A DNA stretch of 64,000 nt from positions 32,001 to 96,000 of the forward strand of contig CAVWXH010000003.1 of assembly GCA_963758915.1 (NCBI GenBank). Reading direction: 5' to 3'. The position numbers were made by a program, and so were the translations under genes. This DNA is from an uncultured Methanomicrobiales archaeon (GTDB lineage Archaea; Halobacteriota; Methanomicrobia; Methanomicrobiales; Methanospirillaceae). Shown one piece after another: positions 1 to 10,243 of this stretch (positions are counted from its first letter, which is position 1; the number at the start of each line of letters is the position of its first letter). Below the pieces are notes generated by a model. It searched no databases. It saw nothing but the letters and a program-made list of their open reading frames with translations, and was not told the DNA's origin.

Positions 1-116
1 GCCGGGCTTTTGCATCGCATTTCGGACTGCTTTGTAGTAGTATTAGATAAAAGGTCAGGAATATGGAAAGCAGGGGCCGGAAAACAAGGGGATTTTGTCG
101 AAAATCAGGGTTTCCA

Positions 117-374
117 GGCTCTGTTGAAAAGTATATTCGGCATCCGGAATCCTGATTATTCTGAAATTTATCTACGCTCTCGGGGCTCCGCCCCGCCGCT
201 GTGGCGCCCCGGTTGGGATAGAGAGATCCCCCAATACTCTGAATTTAATGAGCCTTCTGGAAACCCTGCCCGAAGAATATCTTAATGGGGGTGGGGCAGG
301 GGGGGTGAAACCCCCTCCTGTCTTCGTATTTCCCTCTTATTTTTTTTATATCACCTAAGGGTTTCAACAAAGCC
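117..374 (+). mobile_element. MITE (non-autonomous IS5/ISH1-type), intact copy, subtype A
   Basis: TIRs GGCTCTGTTGAAA / TTTCAACAAAGCC; perfect 8-bp TSD GGTTTCCA at 109-116 and 375-382; near-identical to 46858-47120 and 51226-51482. Confidence 0.9.
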
Positions 375-505
375 GGTTTCCAGAATTCTTATGGAGGCAG
401 GGCTGAGTAAAAAAATATATTGGGTAGAATTTTATTCAATGTCTGGGGCATCAGTAGGATCCGGAATTATTCCCGGAAATTGTCCATAGTAACCGGATAG
501 TCGAC

Positions 506-733
506 TTGCTGTATAGCCCCAGTGATGCGGAGGGCAATATCAGGGAGTTATGGATCCGGATGACAATTGAAACCCCTGATATGACAGAACAGAAGCTGGG
601 CGGTACGATTCATTATATTCGTGCGATTAAGGAAAATGGAGAGAGGTATTTAGGAGTGATAGTAAACCCTGCTTTCGATCCGGCACTTGTGGTTCCAATG
701 TTCTTTGACCGCGGATTGGGAAGATTGGTATGA
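506..733 (+). CDS. DUF4258-like putative toxin, N-terminus possibly degraded
   Basis: WI..TIE.PD...I.E.G.RYL.VIVN...P..VV..FFDR pattern; stop overlaps the DUF2283 start (ATGA). Confidence 0.55.
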   Translation: MLYSPSDAEGNIRELWIRMTIETPDMTEQKLGGTIHYIRAIKENGERYLGVIVNPAFDPALVVPMFFDRGLGRLV

Positions 734-930
734 AATTAAAAGTAGACGAAAAAAATGATGTTCTCTATCTTCGCCTCGACGAATCGAAGATAGTAGAATC
801 TGAAGAAGTCCAGCCAGGTGTAATCCTTGACTTCGATGCCAATAATAATGTAATAGGAATCGAACTCCTCGGGGTAAGCAGGAGAGGGGCGCTTGATACG
901 CTTAAAAATTTACAGTTCGAAACGGCTTGA
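730..930 (+). CDS. DUF2283 family protein (putative antitoxin)
   Basis: MKLKVDEKNDVLYLRL...SEEV.PGVILDFD..N.VIGIE signature. Confidence 0.8.
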   Translation: MKLKVDEKNDVLYLRLDESKIVESEEVQPGVILDFDANNNVIGIELLGVSRRGALDTLKNLQFETA

Positions 931-1023
931 ACCGAACGATAACCGGGTAATCATTCCTTCCCAGTAAAAAAAACTGAATCCAATAGCACCGGGAAAACAG
1001 AAATAGAAAAATTCCTCTCCCAC

Positions 1024-2091
1024 TTACCCGACCCGGTACCCGCCCTTCGGCACCGTAATCTCAAACCTGGCTCCCTTCCCTTCTTCGCCGGTCTCGGCAA
1101 CAGTCATCCCGGTCAGTGCAAGAATTTCTCTCGCAAGGTACAGCCCATACCCTCGTTTGCTTCCAAACCCGCGGGTGAAGATCCGTTCCTTGTCCCCGGC
1201 AGGCACACCTGCACCGTTGTCACAAAAAGCGATAACAAGTCCGACAGGTTGCTCTGAAGCAGTAATCGTGATCGTATTGGCCGTCTTTCCGTGGAGAACG
1301 GTATTTTCGATAAAATTCGAAATTATTTTCCTGATCAATGGGTCTGCGAAGACCCTGATCCCCGGGTTTATCCCGACTTCAACTTTCATCCCCGGGTGGT
1401 CGATGATCGACGCAGTCTCCCTGATCACCCCCGGCAGGTCAACCCACACCGGCACATTGACGCCGACATCCTGGTAGTCCTTGGTGAATGCAACCTGCCG
1501 GCGGATCGTCTCGGCCGCACCTTCTTCTCTTGCAATGAACTCTTTCAGCGTGTTGTCCGTAACCATATCGTGCGAAAGCTCAAGGTAGCCAAGGAGGATC
1601 GTCAACTGGTTCATAATGTCGTGGCGGCTGATACTATTGAACCGGTTAAGCATCAGGACTGCCGCATTTAGCGATTTTTCCGCACGTATCCGGTCAGAAA
1701 TATCACGGAATATTACCATTATCATCCCGGGATTGCCGGCAGACCCTGGGACAGGGGAGAGTACCGATTCGACTGCAGAGACAGATCCATCCTTTTTTTG
1801 TATAGTGAATTGCAAAGTCTCACCCGTCCGGGGAGAAAGGGCCCGGCCGGAGAATTCCTTGAACATGTTGTGATCGGTCGCAGCCAGGATATGAGTAATA
1901 TTCCTGCCTGAAAGTTCTTCTGCAGCCTGATAACCGGTAATTTCAAGCGCCTTCCGGTTTATGAGGAGAATAACCCCCGTAGTATCTACAATGACCATTG
2001 CATCCGGTCCCTGCTCAAAAACGGCCCGGTATAAATTACTATAATCTGGTTGCATCACGTCCCCCTTCCATTTGATTCCCTGGCTCTCCAC
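1024..2091 (-). CDS. PAS-domain sensor histidine kinase
   Basis: PAS region, H-box RHDIMNQL, N-box, DNGAG and G2 GYGLYL motifs. Confidence 0.9.
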   Translation of the reverse strand: MESQGIKWKGDVMQPDYSNLYRAVFEQGPDAMVIVDTTGVILLINRKALEITGYQAAEELSGRNITHILAATDHNMFKEFSGRALSPRTGETLQFTIQKKDGSVSAVESVLSPVPGSAGNPGMIMVIFRDISDRIRAEKSLNAAVLMLNRFNSISRHDIMNQLTILLGYLELSHDMVTDNTLKEFIAREEGAAETIRRQVAFTKDYQDVGVNVPVWVDLPGVIRETASIIDHPGMKVEVGINPGIRVFADPLIRKIISNFIENTVLHGKTANTITITASEQPVGLVIAFCDNGAGVPAGDKERIFTRGFGSKRGYGLYLAREILALTGMTVAETGEEGKGARFEITVPKGGYRVG

Positions 2092-2141
2092 TGCTACAAC
2101 AAATATCCGCAGGATGGATATAAATCATTCAGCCGATCATC

Positions 2142-2981
2142 TCATGGTCTGCCATATCCGGGATTTACCATATGGCATCCGCTTTTCGTCCTGCAGGATG
2201 TGCCAATGGCATGCCCGACAAACTCTTTTGCTGCAGCACATGCCGCAGGAACATCATCCCCCAGAGCGAGATGTGCCGTAATCGCTGCTGAAAGGCAGCA
2301 ACCGGTACCATGTGCATCAAACGGCAGCCGTTCCCCGGAGAAGAGCCATTCACGACCATGGCCTATTAACAGGTCAGGCACAACCCCGCTGACTTTTGAT
2401 AGGTGGCCCCCTTTCACCAGCACATACGCCGCACCCTCTTTCTGGATATACCGGCCCGCAGCACGCATATCGTCAACTGTTCTGATCGGCCCGTACCCTG
2501 AAAGCACTTCTGCCTCGGGAAGGTTTGGTGTAACCAGTGTCGCCATTGGAACGAGGTTTTTTATCAGATCGTTCAATGCCTCCGGCTCCATCAGGGGCCT
2601 TCCACTTGATGATACCATCACGGGGTCCACAACGAGGGGTATACCCTTCGGGACACCGCATACCACGGCAGCTACCGCCCCGCATTCGGGCAGCATCCCG
2701 GTCTTAAACGCCCTGATATCAAAATCTTCAAGCAGTGTTGCGAGTTGTAACCGTATGATATCCCCGGGTACGTTCCAGGCCCCCATGACATTTTTTGCAT
2801 TCTGGGAGGTCACTGCGGTGATTACGGACAGGCCCCACACCCCCAGTGCACTGAATGTTTTAATATCTGACTGGATACCAGCCCCGCCTGAAGGGTCAGA
2901 CCCGGCTATGGTGCAGGCACATGGTACCGCTGGCATCTCCATGGCGAGAATTGAGAGGGCTTTACGCATGAACCTTTTCAT
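2142..2981 (-). CDS. thiD: Hydroxymethylpyrimidine/phosphomethylpyrimidine kinase
   Basis: TIAGSDPSGGAGIQSD, VDPVM, TPNLPEA, KGGH, HGTGC motifs; true start probably downstream of 2981. Confidence 0.93.
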   Translation of the reverse strand: MKRFMRKALSILAMEMPAVPCACTIAGSDPSGGAGIQSDIKTFSALGVWGLSVITAVTSQNAKNVMGAWNVPGDIIRLQLATLLEDFDIRAFKTGMLPECGAVAAVVCGVPKGIPLVVDPVMVSSSGRPLMEPEALNDLIKNLVPMATLVTPNLPEAEVLSGYGPIRTVDDMRAAGRYIQKEGAAYVLVKGGHLSKVSGVVPDLLIGHGREWLFSGERLPFDAHGTGCCLSAAITAHLALGDDVPAACAAAKEFVGHAIGTSCRTKSGCHMVNPGYGRP

Positions 2982-3322
2982 TATAACCGGGGTCAGGGAA
3001 CATCATTGCCTGTTTATCGGGCATAAATGCATTCAAATGCACCATTTGTCATGGATCAGATCAGAGGTTTTTTTGTTCGGGGCCGGGTAATTATTGCGAT
3101 GGATGCGCTCCGGGGGACCCGCCGTTCAACATCCCGGTCATCCCAATAGCATGATGCCAGCATGACACACAGTTCATCGTCCTGTTGCGGGTATTTACGG
3201 CGATTTTAACCATTCCTGCTGAAATGATGGCCACTTCGTATAGGTTTAAGTATGCCGGGATCCAATAGAAAAAGCAACAGCGAGGCATCCAAATGCCTCC
3301 CGACTTTTGGAACTGAACCACC

Positions 3323-3784
3323 ATGACTTCACGTATGCTCGCTCCTCACACAACCTGCCCTGGATGCCAGGAGGAAGTATTCCTTGATGAGCTGGTCAGG
3401 GGCCGGTGTCCACTTTGCGGGTGCACACTTGAGGACTTCGTGGACCAGTCAGGGGATATGGACGAGATAGTAGAACGGAGCGATTTCTCATGGCTGGTAT
3501 TCAACTACTTTATCTTCAAGAAATTCGATGAACTGGGCGCAAACCCGCTGCAGGTAATGCAACTGATTGCCGGGCTTGACGAATGCTGCTTAAACCCGGG
3601 CCCTGGTGAGTTCCCACGGACGAAATTTGAATTCGACCTGCCGATGAACCTGAGTGACAAGGTAAAGCCTAAGAAGTGTTCACGGTGTGGAAGGGTCTTC
3701 TTCCGGGGTGGCAGGAAAGTTCTGTCCGGCGACCTGACCAGCCCGGAATTTGAGATCCGGTATCTCTGTTCCCGGGAATTGTGA
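3323..3784 (+). CDS. Zinc-ribbon hypothetical protein
   Basis: 153-aa ORF with CPGC, CPLC and CSRC pairs. Confidence 0.7.
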   Translation: MTSRMLAPHTTCPGCQEEVFLDELVRGRCPLCGCTLEDFVDQSGDMDEIVERSDFSWLVFNYFIFKKFDELGANPLQVMQLIAGLDECCLNPGPGEFPRTKFEFDLPMNLSDKVKPKKCSRCGRVFFRGGRKVLSGDLTSPEFEIRYLCSREL

Positions 3785-3959
3785 ACGGATTTTCATCTTT
3801 TTTTGCCTCTTTTTGGGCAACAGAAGCATCCGGATTAATGATGATCAGAAAATTTAGTTACCAGTCAACCCTTGCGAATATTTCTGATAGTCTAATAATG
3901 ATCGTGAAAACCGAAAACGATAGTGCAAGTTGAATCTCTCTAATATTTTTTAAACTGAT

Positions 3960-4282
3960 GGAGTGGTATTCAGATTTTACTAACGCCCCCGGGGCTCCGC
4001 ACCGCCGCTGTGGCAACCCCGTTGGGATAGACGTGGGCTGAGGGTATAGCTTTATAGATACAAAAAAAACCTGCCCAAGAGATATCCCAATGGGGGTGGG
4101 CCGGTAGGGGGTGAAACCCCCTCCTGTCTGATGTTTTTTATTTTTAAAATTATTCACAACACTATTTTCCAAAAATAATCCTATTATTTATTGAAAGTTG
4201 TTTTAACCGCTGAAAATGACTCCAATAAGCTGAATTCACTGAAGATTATTGGATCATACGGATCATCAATTCCAACAGAGCC
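3960..4282 (+). mobile_element. Degenerate MITE copy
   Basis: Core blocks CGGGGCTCCGCACCGCCGCTGTGGCAACCCCGTTGGGATAG and GGGGGTGAAACCCCCTCCTGTC; TIR-like TTCCAACAGAGCC at 4270-4282; left boundary approximate. Confidence 0.7.
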
Positions 4283-4302
4283 GGATTTTCGCAAAAAAAA
4301 TA

Positions 4303-5736
4303 TTAATATGCCCTGCCAAGAAGTGTTGTTGTACCCGGTTTCCCGCAGATAATGCAGTTCCCTTCAGTTTCATTCAGGTAAGGAGACCGTGCCTCGGTAC
4401 CGAGTACACTTGCCCCGAGACGTTCCTCCATTGCATCAGCGCACCCGCGTTCCCCGCACCAGTTGACGACCGCTACTCCCTGTGCCAGGGCATTTACAGC
4501 CTCTTCGACTGATACTGCATGGACAAGACGCGATCGCATCCGGGATTCCGCACGCTCCCGGAGCCGTTCGTGAACCCCTGCAAGTACACTGCCGACCCCG
4601 TTCACAAGGTCAGTGATCAGGACGGCGGACCGTTCCCCAGTCCTTGTTACCACGGTCACCTGGCCGGCATCGATATCTCTCGGCCCCACTTCAATCCTGA
4701 CCGGGACACCCCGCATCTCCCAGTAGTAGTACTTGGCCCCTGGCCGCAGGTCACGGTTATCGGTTTTTACCCGGAAGCCTGCGGATTTCAGGGTGGATTC
4801 CACGGATAATGCTGCCGCTGCCACGTCATCTTTCCGTTTTCCGATGGTGATCGGGACAATGACAATCTGCACCGGGGCCATGCCGGGCGGGAGCACCAGC
4901 CCCTTGTCGTCACCGTGGAGGCTGATCAGGGCGGCAATCGACCGTTCAGAAATCCCGTAACAGGTCTGGTACGCGTGGCGCTGCACCCCTTCCGGGTCCT
5001 CGAACGTAATCGAGAACGTCTTTGAGAAATGGTCCCCCAGGTGGTGCACGGTGCCGATCTGGAGCGTCTTCCCGTCGGGCATGATCGTGTCCACCGCCAT
5101 CGTATAGTCAGCACCCGGGAACTTGTCCCATTCCGGCCTCTTTGAGACAACGACCGGGATGCAGAGTTTTGCATAAAATTCCTGGTAAAGAGCAAGGGCC
5201 TTTTCGACCTGGGCCTCAGCCTGTTCCCAGGAGGCGTGGACCGTGTGGGCCTCCTTAAACGAGGTAATCTCCCGGAGCCTGATAAGGGGGCGCGTATGCT
5301 TCGTCTCGTACCGGAAGGTGTTCACAACCTGGTACAGCAGGATCGGCAGGTCCGCATGAGACCGGACCCACAGTGCATACATGGGGTATATGGCAGTTTC
5401 ACTGGTGGGACGTAGTGCAAGTGGTACATCGAGCAGGTCTTTACCCCCGTGAGTTACCCAGTACACCTCGTCCTCGAACCCCTTGATGTGCTCTGCCTCC
5501 TTCATGAACTCCTGTTCCGGGATCAGGAGTGGGAACAGGGTTTCCTGGTGTTCCCGGTCCATCAGCTCGCGGAGCCAGGTATACACATGTTTCCTGATTG
5601 CAAACCCGTGGGGGTACCAGACATACAGCCCCTTGACCGGGTAACGGACGTCCATGATCTCCGATTGCCACAGGAGATCATTGTACCATGCAGAAAAGTC
5701 AGCTTTGGGCGGTAATGCGCCGCGTTCTTCTTCCAT
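4303..5736 (-). CDS. proS: Proline--tRNA ligase (archaeal type)
   Basis: [28 protein letters not shown] motifs; C-terminal Zn-binding tail ending in AY. Confidence 0.97.
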   Translation of the reverse strand: MEEERGALPPKADFSAWYNDLLWQSEIMDVRYPVKGLYVWYPHGFAIRKHVYTWLRELMDREHQETLFPLLIPEQEFMKEAEHIKGFEDEVYWVTHGGKDLLDVPLALRPTSETAIYPMYALWVRSHADLPILLYQVVNTFRYETKHTRPLIRLREITSFKEAHTVHASWEQAEAQVEKALALYQEFYAKLCIPVVVSKRPEWDKFPGADYTMAVDTIMPDGKTLQIGTVHHLGDHFSKTFSITFEDPEGVQRHAYQTCYGISERSIAALISLHGDDKGLVLPPGMAPVQIVIVPITIGKRKDDVAAAALSVESTLKSAGFRVKTDNRDLRPGAKYYYWEMRGVPVRIEVGPRDIDAGQVTVVTRTGERSAVLITDLVNGVGSVLAGVHERLRERAESRMRSRLVHAVSVEEAVNALAQGVAVVNWCGERGCADAMEERLGASVLGTEARSPYLNETEGNCIICGKPGTTTLLGRAY

Positions 5737-5746
5737 ATCCCACTCC

Positions 5747-6314
5747 TTACGTCACCAGACGTATGATTTCAGGCGTAATAAATGCCTCGACAAACGCCGC
5801 GAGGAGGACAAGGGGGATGACGTACATTACAAATTTCAGGCCGTGGTGCGCAGCCTCAACCGCCGCATCACCGGTCCCGCTCCATTCATCGTAAAGCGAT
5901 TTCGCTAAGGAGGAACCCGAGTGCCCCTGACAGGATGAACGACGGGATCTCAAAAATGCCATGCGGCAGGATAGCGGCGAAAACAAAAACCATGCCCTTT
6001 TCTTCCCGGACCAGTTCCATGATCGAACCGATAATCAGGCCATTCGTTGAGAGGATAAACAGGGAGACCGCCCCGAAGGTTGCACCACCGAGAAAGAGCA
6101 GGAGGCATGCCTGGAGGTTGTTAACGAACAACTTCGCAAAAAGGAGTGGCGCAGGGTCTCCCACAATTCCCCCCACTACCGCATCCTTAAAAAGCGAAAG
6201 GAAATTTTGCCCGATTGACGGGTCCATCAGCGTTGCAATTACACCCATCGTCAGCGAAACTGCAAAGATGACCAGGGTAAGCAGGAGTCCCTGGCTGAGT
6301 TTCCATTCAGACAT
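5747..6314 (-). CDS. Stage II sporulation protein M-like membrane protein (one apparent +1 frameshift near 5905)
   Basis: NN..., [26 protein letters not shown] motifs split across ORFs 5886..6314 and 5747..5986. Confidence 0.8.
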
Positions 6315-7152
6315 AGAACATCATCCGGACCATATCCCTGATCCCCGGGGCGAGGCCGACCACGATCATGGCGAGGACAATAAGGTGCCAGAGGTCGGTG
6401 CTCCCCTCGTGGCGGTACCGCTCGAGGATCCAGATCCCGGGGATAATTACCACGAGTTTAAGGGGGAACATCACGAACGCGGTACCCGTCCACTCTATCA
6501 GGCTTGACCCCACAACATGTTGTTCGATATAGGCCAGGGGATGGAGGTCAATACCAAAACTGGTGGCACTTGCGTCAAGCAGTTGCCCGAATATGAGCAC
6601 CTTGTAGAGCGGATCAGAAACATACTCCCACCTGAACAGATATCGCAACGCGCCATACACAAGCAGGCTTGTAACGGCTGCAAGCGTGAGGATTATGACG
6701 GCAACCTCCGGGTGGATCACCCCGCGGGAGAGCCCGAACGCAACAAGGATCGAAAATGCCACCACCGCTGCAACTGCACCAGTCCCGGCATACCAGGGGA
6801 TATAATCCTTAATCACACCCTTTCGTGCGAGTGTCGTGGTAATGACGAGAACCCCGGCAGTAACAAAGAAGATAACAAAAAATATGAGCGGCGTCGTAAG
6901 GAAAAACTGCCAGTCCGAATTTATCAGGTGTGCGTCCTGCACGACCCTGATGACACCTCCAAACACCACGTAGGGAAGTGTGGCAAGGATGAACCGCCCA
7001 TCCACGGGGACTTTTGCATACCGCAGCCACCGGTATACCGCGTACACCCCGATGATGAGAAATATTGCATAGGTCAGGGTTTCAACCGGGTTATAGGGCT
7101 GATCAAACCTGACCGGATCGATGTAGTATTTGTAGATGAATTCCCTAATCAT
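6307..7152 (-). CDS. DUF63 family membrane protein
   Basis: YNPVETLTYA, GQLLDASAT, YIEQH, GLAPGIRD motifs; start placed at ATG 7152. Confidence 0.85.
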   Translation of the reverse strand: MIREFIYKYYIDPVRFDQPYNPVETLTYAIFLIIGVYAVYRWLRYAKVPVDGRFILATLPYVVFGGVIRVVQDAHLINSDWQFFLTTPLIFFVIFFVTAGVLVITTTLARKGVIKDYIPWYAGTGAVAAVVAFSILVAFGLSRGVIHPEVAVIILTLAAVTSLLVYGALRYLFRWEYVSDPLYKVLIFGQLLDASATSFGIDLHPLAYIEQHVVGSSLIEWTGTAFVMFPLKLVVIIPGIWILERYRHEGSTDLWHLIVLAMIVVGLAPGIRDMVRMMFYV

Positions 7153-7163
7153 TTCTGATAAGA

Positions 7164-8243
7164 ATGAGCGCCGGAAATATAAAAGTCTTGAAAAATAAAA
7201 TTTTCGGGAAATCCAAGTGGATGCAGCTGCCAAGGGACGTGGTGATCGGGCATGACGTACTCCCTCAGCTGCCAGACGTCTGTGAAGACCTCCGGATTGG
7301 TCATTCGGTCCTTATCGTTTCCGGTGGCCATACCCACGATATTGCTGGAGAACGGGTCAGGGCTCTCCTGAATGACGATTATGAGACAGCCACCTTTACC
7401 GCTGAAACAATCAGCCCCGAAGTGATCAGGCTCGCGGAAATTGCTGCAAAGGATGCAGATTTCCTCATCGGGGTAGGTGGGGGCCGGGTCATCGATACGG
7501 CAAAGATCACCGCCTATAACCTTGACCGCCAGTTTATCAGCATCCCTACCGCGGCCTCCCATGATGGAATCGCATCAGCACGGGCCAGTGTACCAACCGC
7601 AGAGGGGAGCGGGTCACTCGAGGCGCAGCCACCGATTGCGATTGTCGCCGATACCGGGATTATTGCAGCTGCGCCACACCGCCTTCTTGCGGCCGGGTGT
7701 GCCGATATTATCTCAAACTACACCGCGATCCTTGACTGGGAACTCGCCCACCGGTTACGGGGTGAACCGGTATCGGAGTATGCAGTCGCCTTGTCGAAAA
7801 TGACCGCAGAACTGCTGATGAAAAATGCCCATGTCTTAAAACCCCATAACGAAGAGACTGCCTGGTTCGTAACAAGGGCACTCGTATCTTCCGGGGTTGC
7901 AATGAGTATTGCCGGGTCATCGAGACCTGGCAGCGGGAGTGAACACAAGTTCGGCCACGCCCTTGAACGCCTCGCACCCGGTAAAGCACTCCACGGAGAG
8001 GCATGCGGTATCGGAACGATCATTGCAATGTACCTGCACGGAGGAGACTGGAAAATCATCAGGGAAGCATTACAAAGTGTTGGTGCCCCGGTCACACCTG
8101 GTGACCTTGGTATTGAGGACTCGGTCGTGGTGGCCGCGCTCCTGATGGCAAAGACTATCCGCCCGGAACGCTTCACCATACTTGATATGGGGCTCACAGA
8201 GGAATCTGCATGGGAACTCGTAAAAATGCTCTACAGGGATTGA
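7164..8243 (+). CDS. egsA: NAD(P)-dependent glycerol-1-phosphate dehydrogenase
   Basis: GVGGGRVID, PTAASHDGIAS, SSRPGSGSEH, HGE motifs. Confidence 0.96.
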   Translation: MSAGNIKVLKNKIFGKSKWMQLPRDVVIGHDVLPQLPDVCEDLRIGHSVLIVSGGHTHDIAGERVRALLNDDYETATFTAETISPEVIRLAEIAAKDADFLIGVGGGRVIDTAKITAYNLDRQFISIPTAASHDGIASARASVPTAEGSGSLEAQPPIAIVADTGIIAAAPHRLLAAGCADIISNYTAILDWELAHRLRGEPVSEYAVALSKMTAELLMKNAHVLKPHNEETAWFVTRALVSSGVAMSIAGSSRPGSGSEHKFGHALERLAPGKALHGEACGIGTIIAMYLHGGDWKIIREALQSVGAPVTPGDLGIEDSVVVAALLMAKTIRPERFTILDMGLTEESAWELVKMLYRD

Positions 8244-8695
8244 AAGGGGCGGCTGAGGCAAAGCCGAAGGTCACCCTGATCGGGACCGGGCTTGCAAAAC
8301 CTGGGCTCGAATTTGTCTATGAAGGATCGCTCGATGAATGCACACCCTGTTCACTGAAAAAGGCCTGCAATAACCTAAAAGAGGGGAGACGGTACCGGAT
8401 TGTCAATGTCCGGCCGACAAAGCATGAGTGCCTGATCCACAGGAACGGAACTTTTGCAGTTGAAGTGGTGGAGTCCCCGATCGCTGCCCTTTTAAACGCA
8501 GAAATGGTGATTAAAAACAGCAGGATCAACTACGAATACACCTGCAACAAGGAAGACTGTAAAAGTTACGACCTTTGCCACCCTGACGGGATCGTCGAGG
8601 GGGAAAAATATGTCATCGTGGAAGTGATTGGCAACGCCCCGGATCCCTGTGAGAAAGGGCGGACACTCAAGCTCGTTAACCTGATGTCCCCCTGA
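8240..8695 (+). CDS. UPF0179 family protein
   Basis: VTLIG..LAK.G.EFVY.G...EC..C.LK..C.NL pattern; usual neighbour of egsA; start codon uncertain. Confidence 0.85.
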   Translation: MKGAAEAKPKVTLIGTGLAKPGLEFVYEGSLDECTPCSLKKACNNLKEGRRYRIVNVRPTKHECLIHRNGTFAVEVVESPIAALLNAEMVIKNSRINYEYTCNKEDCKSYDLCHPDGIVEGEKYVIVEVIGNAPDPCEKGRTLKLVNLMSP

Positions 8696-8717
8696 ATAGT
8701 CCTGTTTTTTTATGGCC

Positions 8718-8979
8718 GGTTGTTATTGAAGCCCTGCATGGTTAAAAAAAAGAGGAAATTCCTGTACAGGAGAGGGTTTCACCCCCTCCCTGCCCCGGCC
8801 CCATTACGATAATTCTGGGCAGGGCTCAATGGTAGAACCCCTGGAGATTTCCGGGGTTTCGGGACCATTCCCTATCCCTACCCGGGTCACCAAAGCTGCA
8901 GGGCATGAGCCCCGGGAGCGTGGGTAAATGTTGGATTACCCAAATATACGGAAAAATTTGAGTGGATGTCAACACAGCC
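8718..8979 (-). mobile_element. Degenerate MITE copy (reverse)
   Basis: Reverse-complement core (GGGTTTCACCCCCTCCCTGCCCC...CCTATCCC...CCCCGGGAGCGTG) with decayed TIRs; between convergent genes. Confidence 0.75.
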
Positions 8980-9026
8980 CGTAACTGCATGGAATTTTTC
9001 AGCATCTGGCCCTTAGCGATAGAATG

Positions 9027-9926
9027 TTATCCTTTTTCCAGTTGTTGCGATACCATCCAGAGCCTCGCCCCGAGTGATGTGATCTTCCCGAAGTCCTGGA
9101 GGTTCACGAGCCACCGGCAGGGGATCTCCCCGATACCAGACCAGGCACCCGCAAGGGCTCCCGCAACGGCACCAACCGTATCAGTATCGCCACCGAGGCT
9201 GATTGCCCGGACAATCGTTTCTTCAAATGACCGGCTGTCCATAAAGACCGTGAGCGCTGCATGCGTGGCAAGGAGTGCATCAAGACCGGGTTCCGGATCG
9301 GACCGGTGGTACGCACCGAGAACCCTGATGACTTCGTCGTCGTCGCAGCGGTGAAGGGCACGGGAAAAAGCCCCGGTGCGCGAAAAGCCGCGGCACATGT
9401 CAGATATCATCTGGTTCACCCATGCTGAACACTCGGCTGCGGTCCTGTCATGGTGGGTCAGTTGCGAGCACCGGATGCTCACCTCGCGCAGCGATGGTCC
9501 GGAAAAAAAAATCCCAACCGGTGCACCCCTCATTACACTCCCGTTACTGCGGCTGCCCCCCCTTTGTAAATGGGTGATCCCTGCCGCACGGTCAGGAGGG
9601 ATACCCGACTGCACCAGGTCAAATACTGCACGCGAAGTAGGGCCGTAAAATTCAGGAAATCGCGAATAACCGTTAATGAGGCGCTTCATGAGGTCGTTCT
9701 GGCAGAAGTCCCTGCAGTGGATGAGTGATTCTGCGACTGCGATCGCCTGGAGCGTGTCATCAGTATAACAGCCGGCTTTTCGCATACGTGGCCCGTCGCC
9801 ATGCATTTCAGTCACAGGCCTCAGGGGAGGTGGGTACCCCTCAAAGGGCGCACCCATTGCATCCCCAATTGCGAGTCCCGTAAGGGCTCCCACCGCGCTC
9901 ACACCACCCGATATAAAGGTCACCAA
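9027..9926 (-). CDS. ADP-ribosylglycohydrolase family protein
   Basis: GDAMG, YTDDT, SNGSVMR, GGDTDT motifs. Confidence 0.92.
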   Translation of the reverse strand: MVTFISGGVSAVGALTGLAIGDAMGAPFEGYPPPLRPVTEMHGDGPRMRKAGCYTDDTLQAIAVAESLIHCRDFCQNDLMKRLINGYSRFPEFYGPTSRAVFDLVQSGIPPDRAAGITHLQRGGSRSNGSVMRGAPVGIFFSGPSLREVSIRCSQLTHHDRTAAECSAWVNQMISDMCRGFSRTGAFSRALHRCDDDEVIRVLGAYHRSDPEPGLDALLATHAALTVFMDSRSFEETIVRAISLGGDTDTVGAVAGALAGAWSGIGEIPCRWLVNLQDFGKITSLGARLWMVSQQLEKG

Positions 9927-9958
9927 TAAGATATATCTGCTCCCGGAAATAGTAAATT

Positions 9959-10243
9959 TTGAGGAAAGGTGATAGTGTGCAAAAGGAAGAATTGCTGCAT
10001 TTACACATGCTGATGGTGCATATTAAAAAATACTACGAGAACATCACCAATGATGAAATTCCAACAGGACGCTATAGTGCGCTCGAAATCTCTCCTGTCC
10101 ACATCCACAAAAACAAGAAGTGTCATAAGGATGCGATCCTCGCCCTCGGGGATGAGATCGTGACCCATGTGAAACTCCAGCAGCCCATGATGGTGGACTA
10201 TACCTCGGACACTGCGCAGGGCAAGATCGCGGTTGAACATTAA
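9959..10243 (+). CDS. UPF0058 family protein
   Basis: KEELLHLH...ISPVHIHKNK..HKDAILAL; true start likely GTG 9977. Confidence 0.85.
   Translation: MRKGDSVQKEELLHLHMLMVHIKKYYENITNDEIPTGRYSALEISPVHIHKNKKCHKDAILALGDEIVTHVKLQQPMMVDYTSDTAQGKIAVEH

Noticed and set aside
10-285. ORFs overlapping MITEs (10..285, 3858..4172, 33314..33559, 46967..47233, 51216..51419 and similar)
   Set aside because: They are translations of the repeat, with inconsistent starts, strands and frames between copies
2050-3090. Long antisense ORFs (2050..3090, 38757..39641, 55864..56814, 62090..63145)
   Set aside because: Shadows of well-supported genes on the opposite strand, with no recognisable motifs
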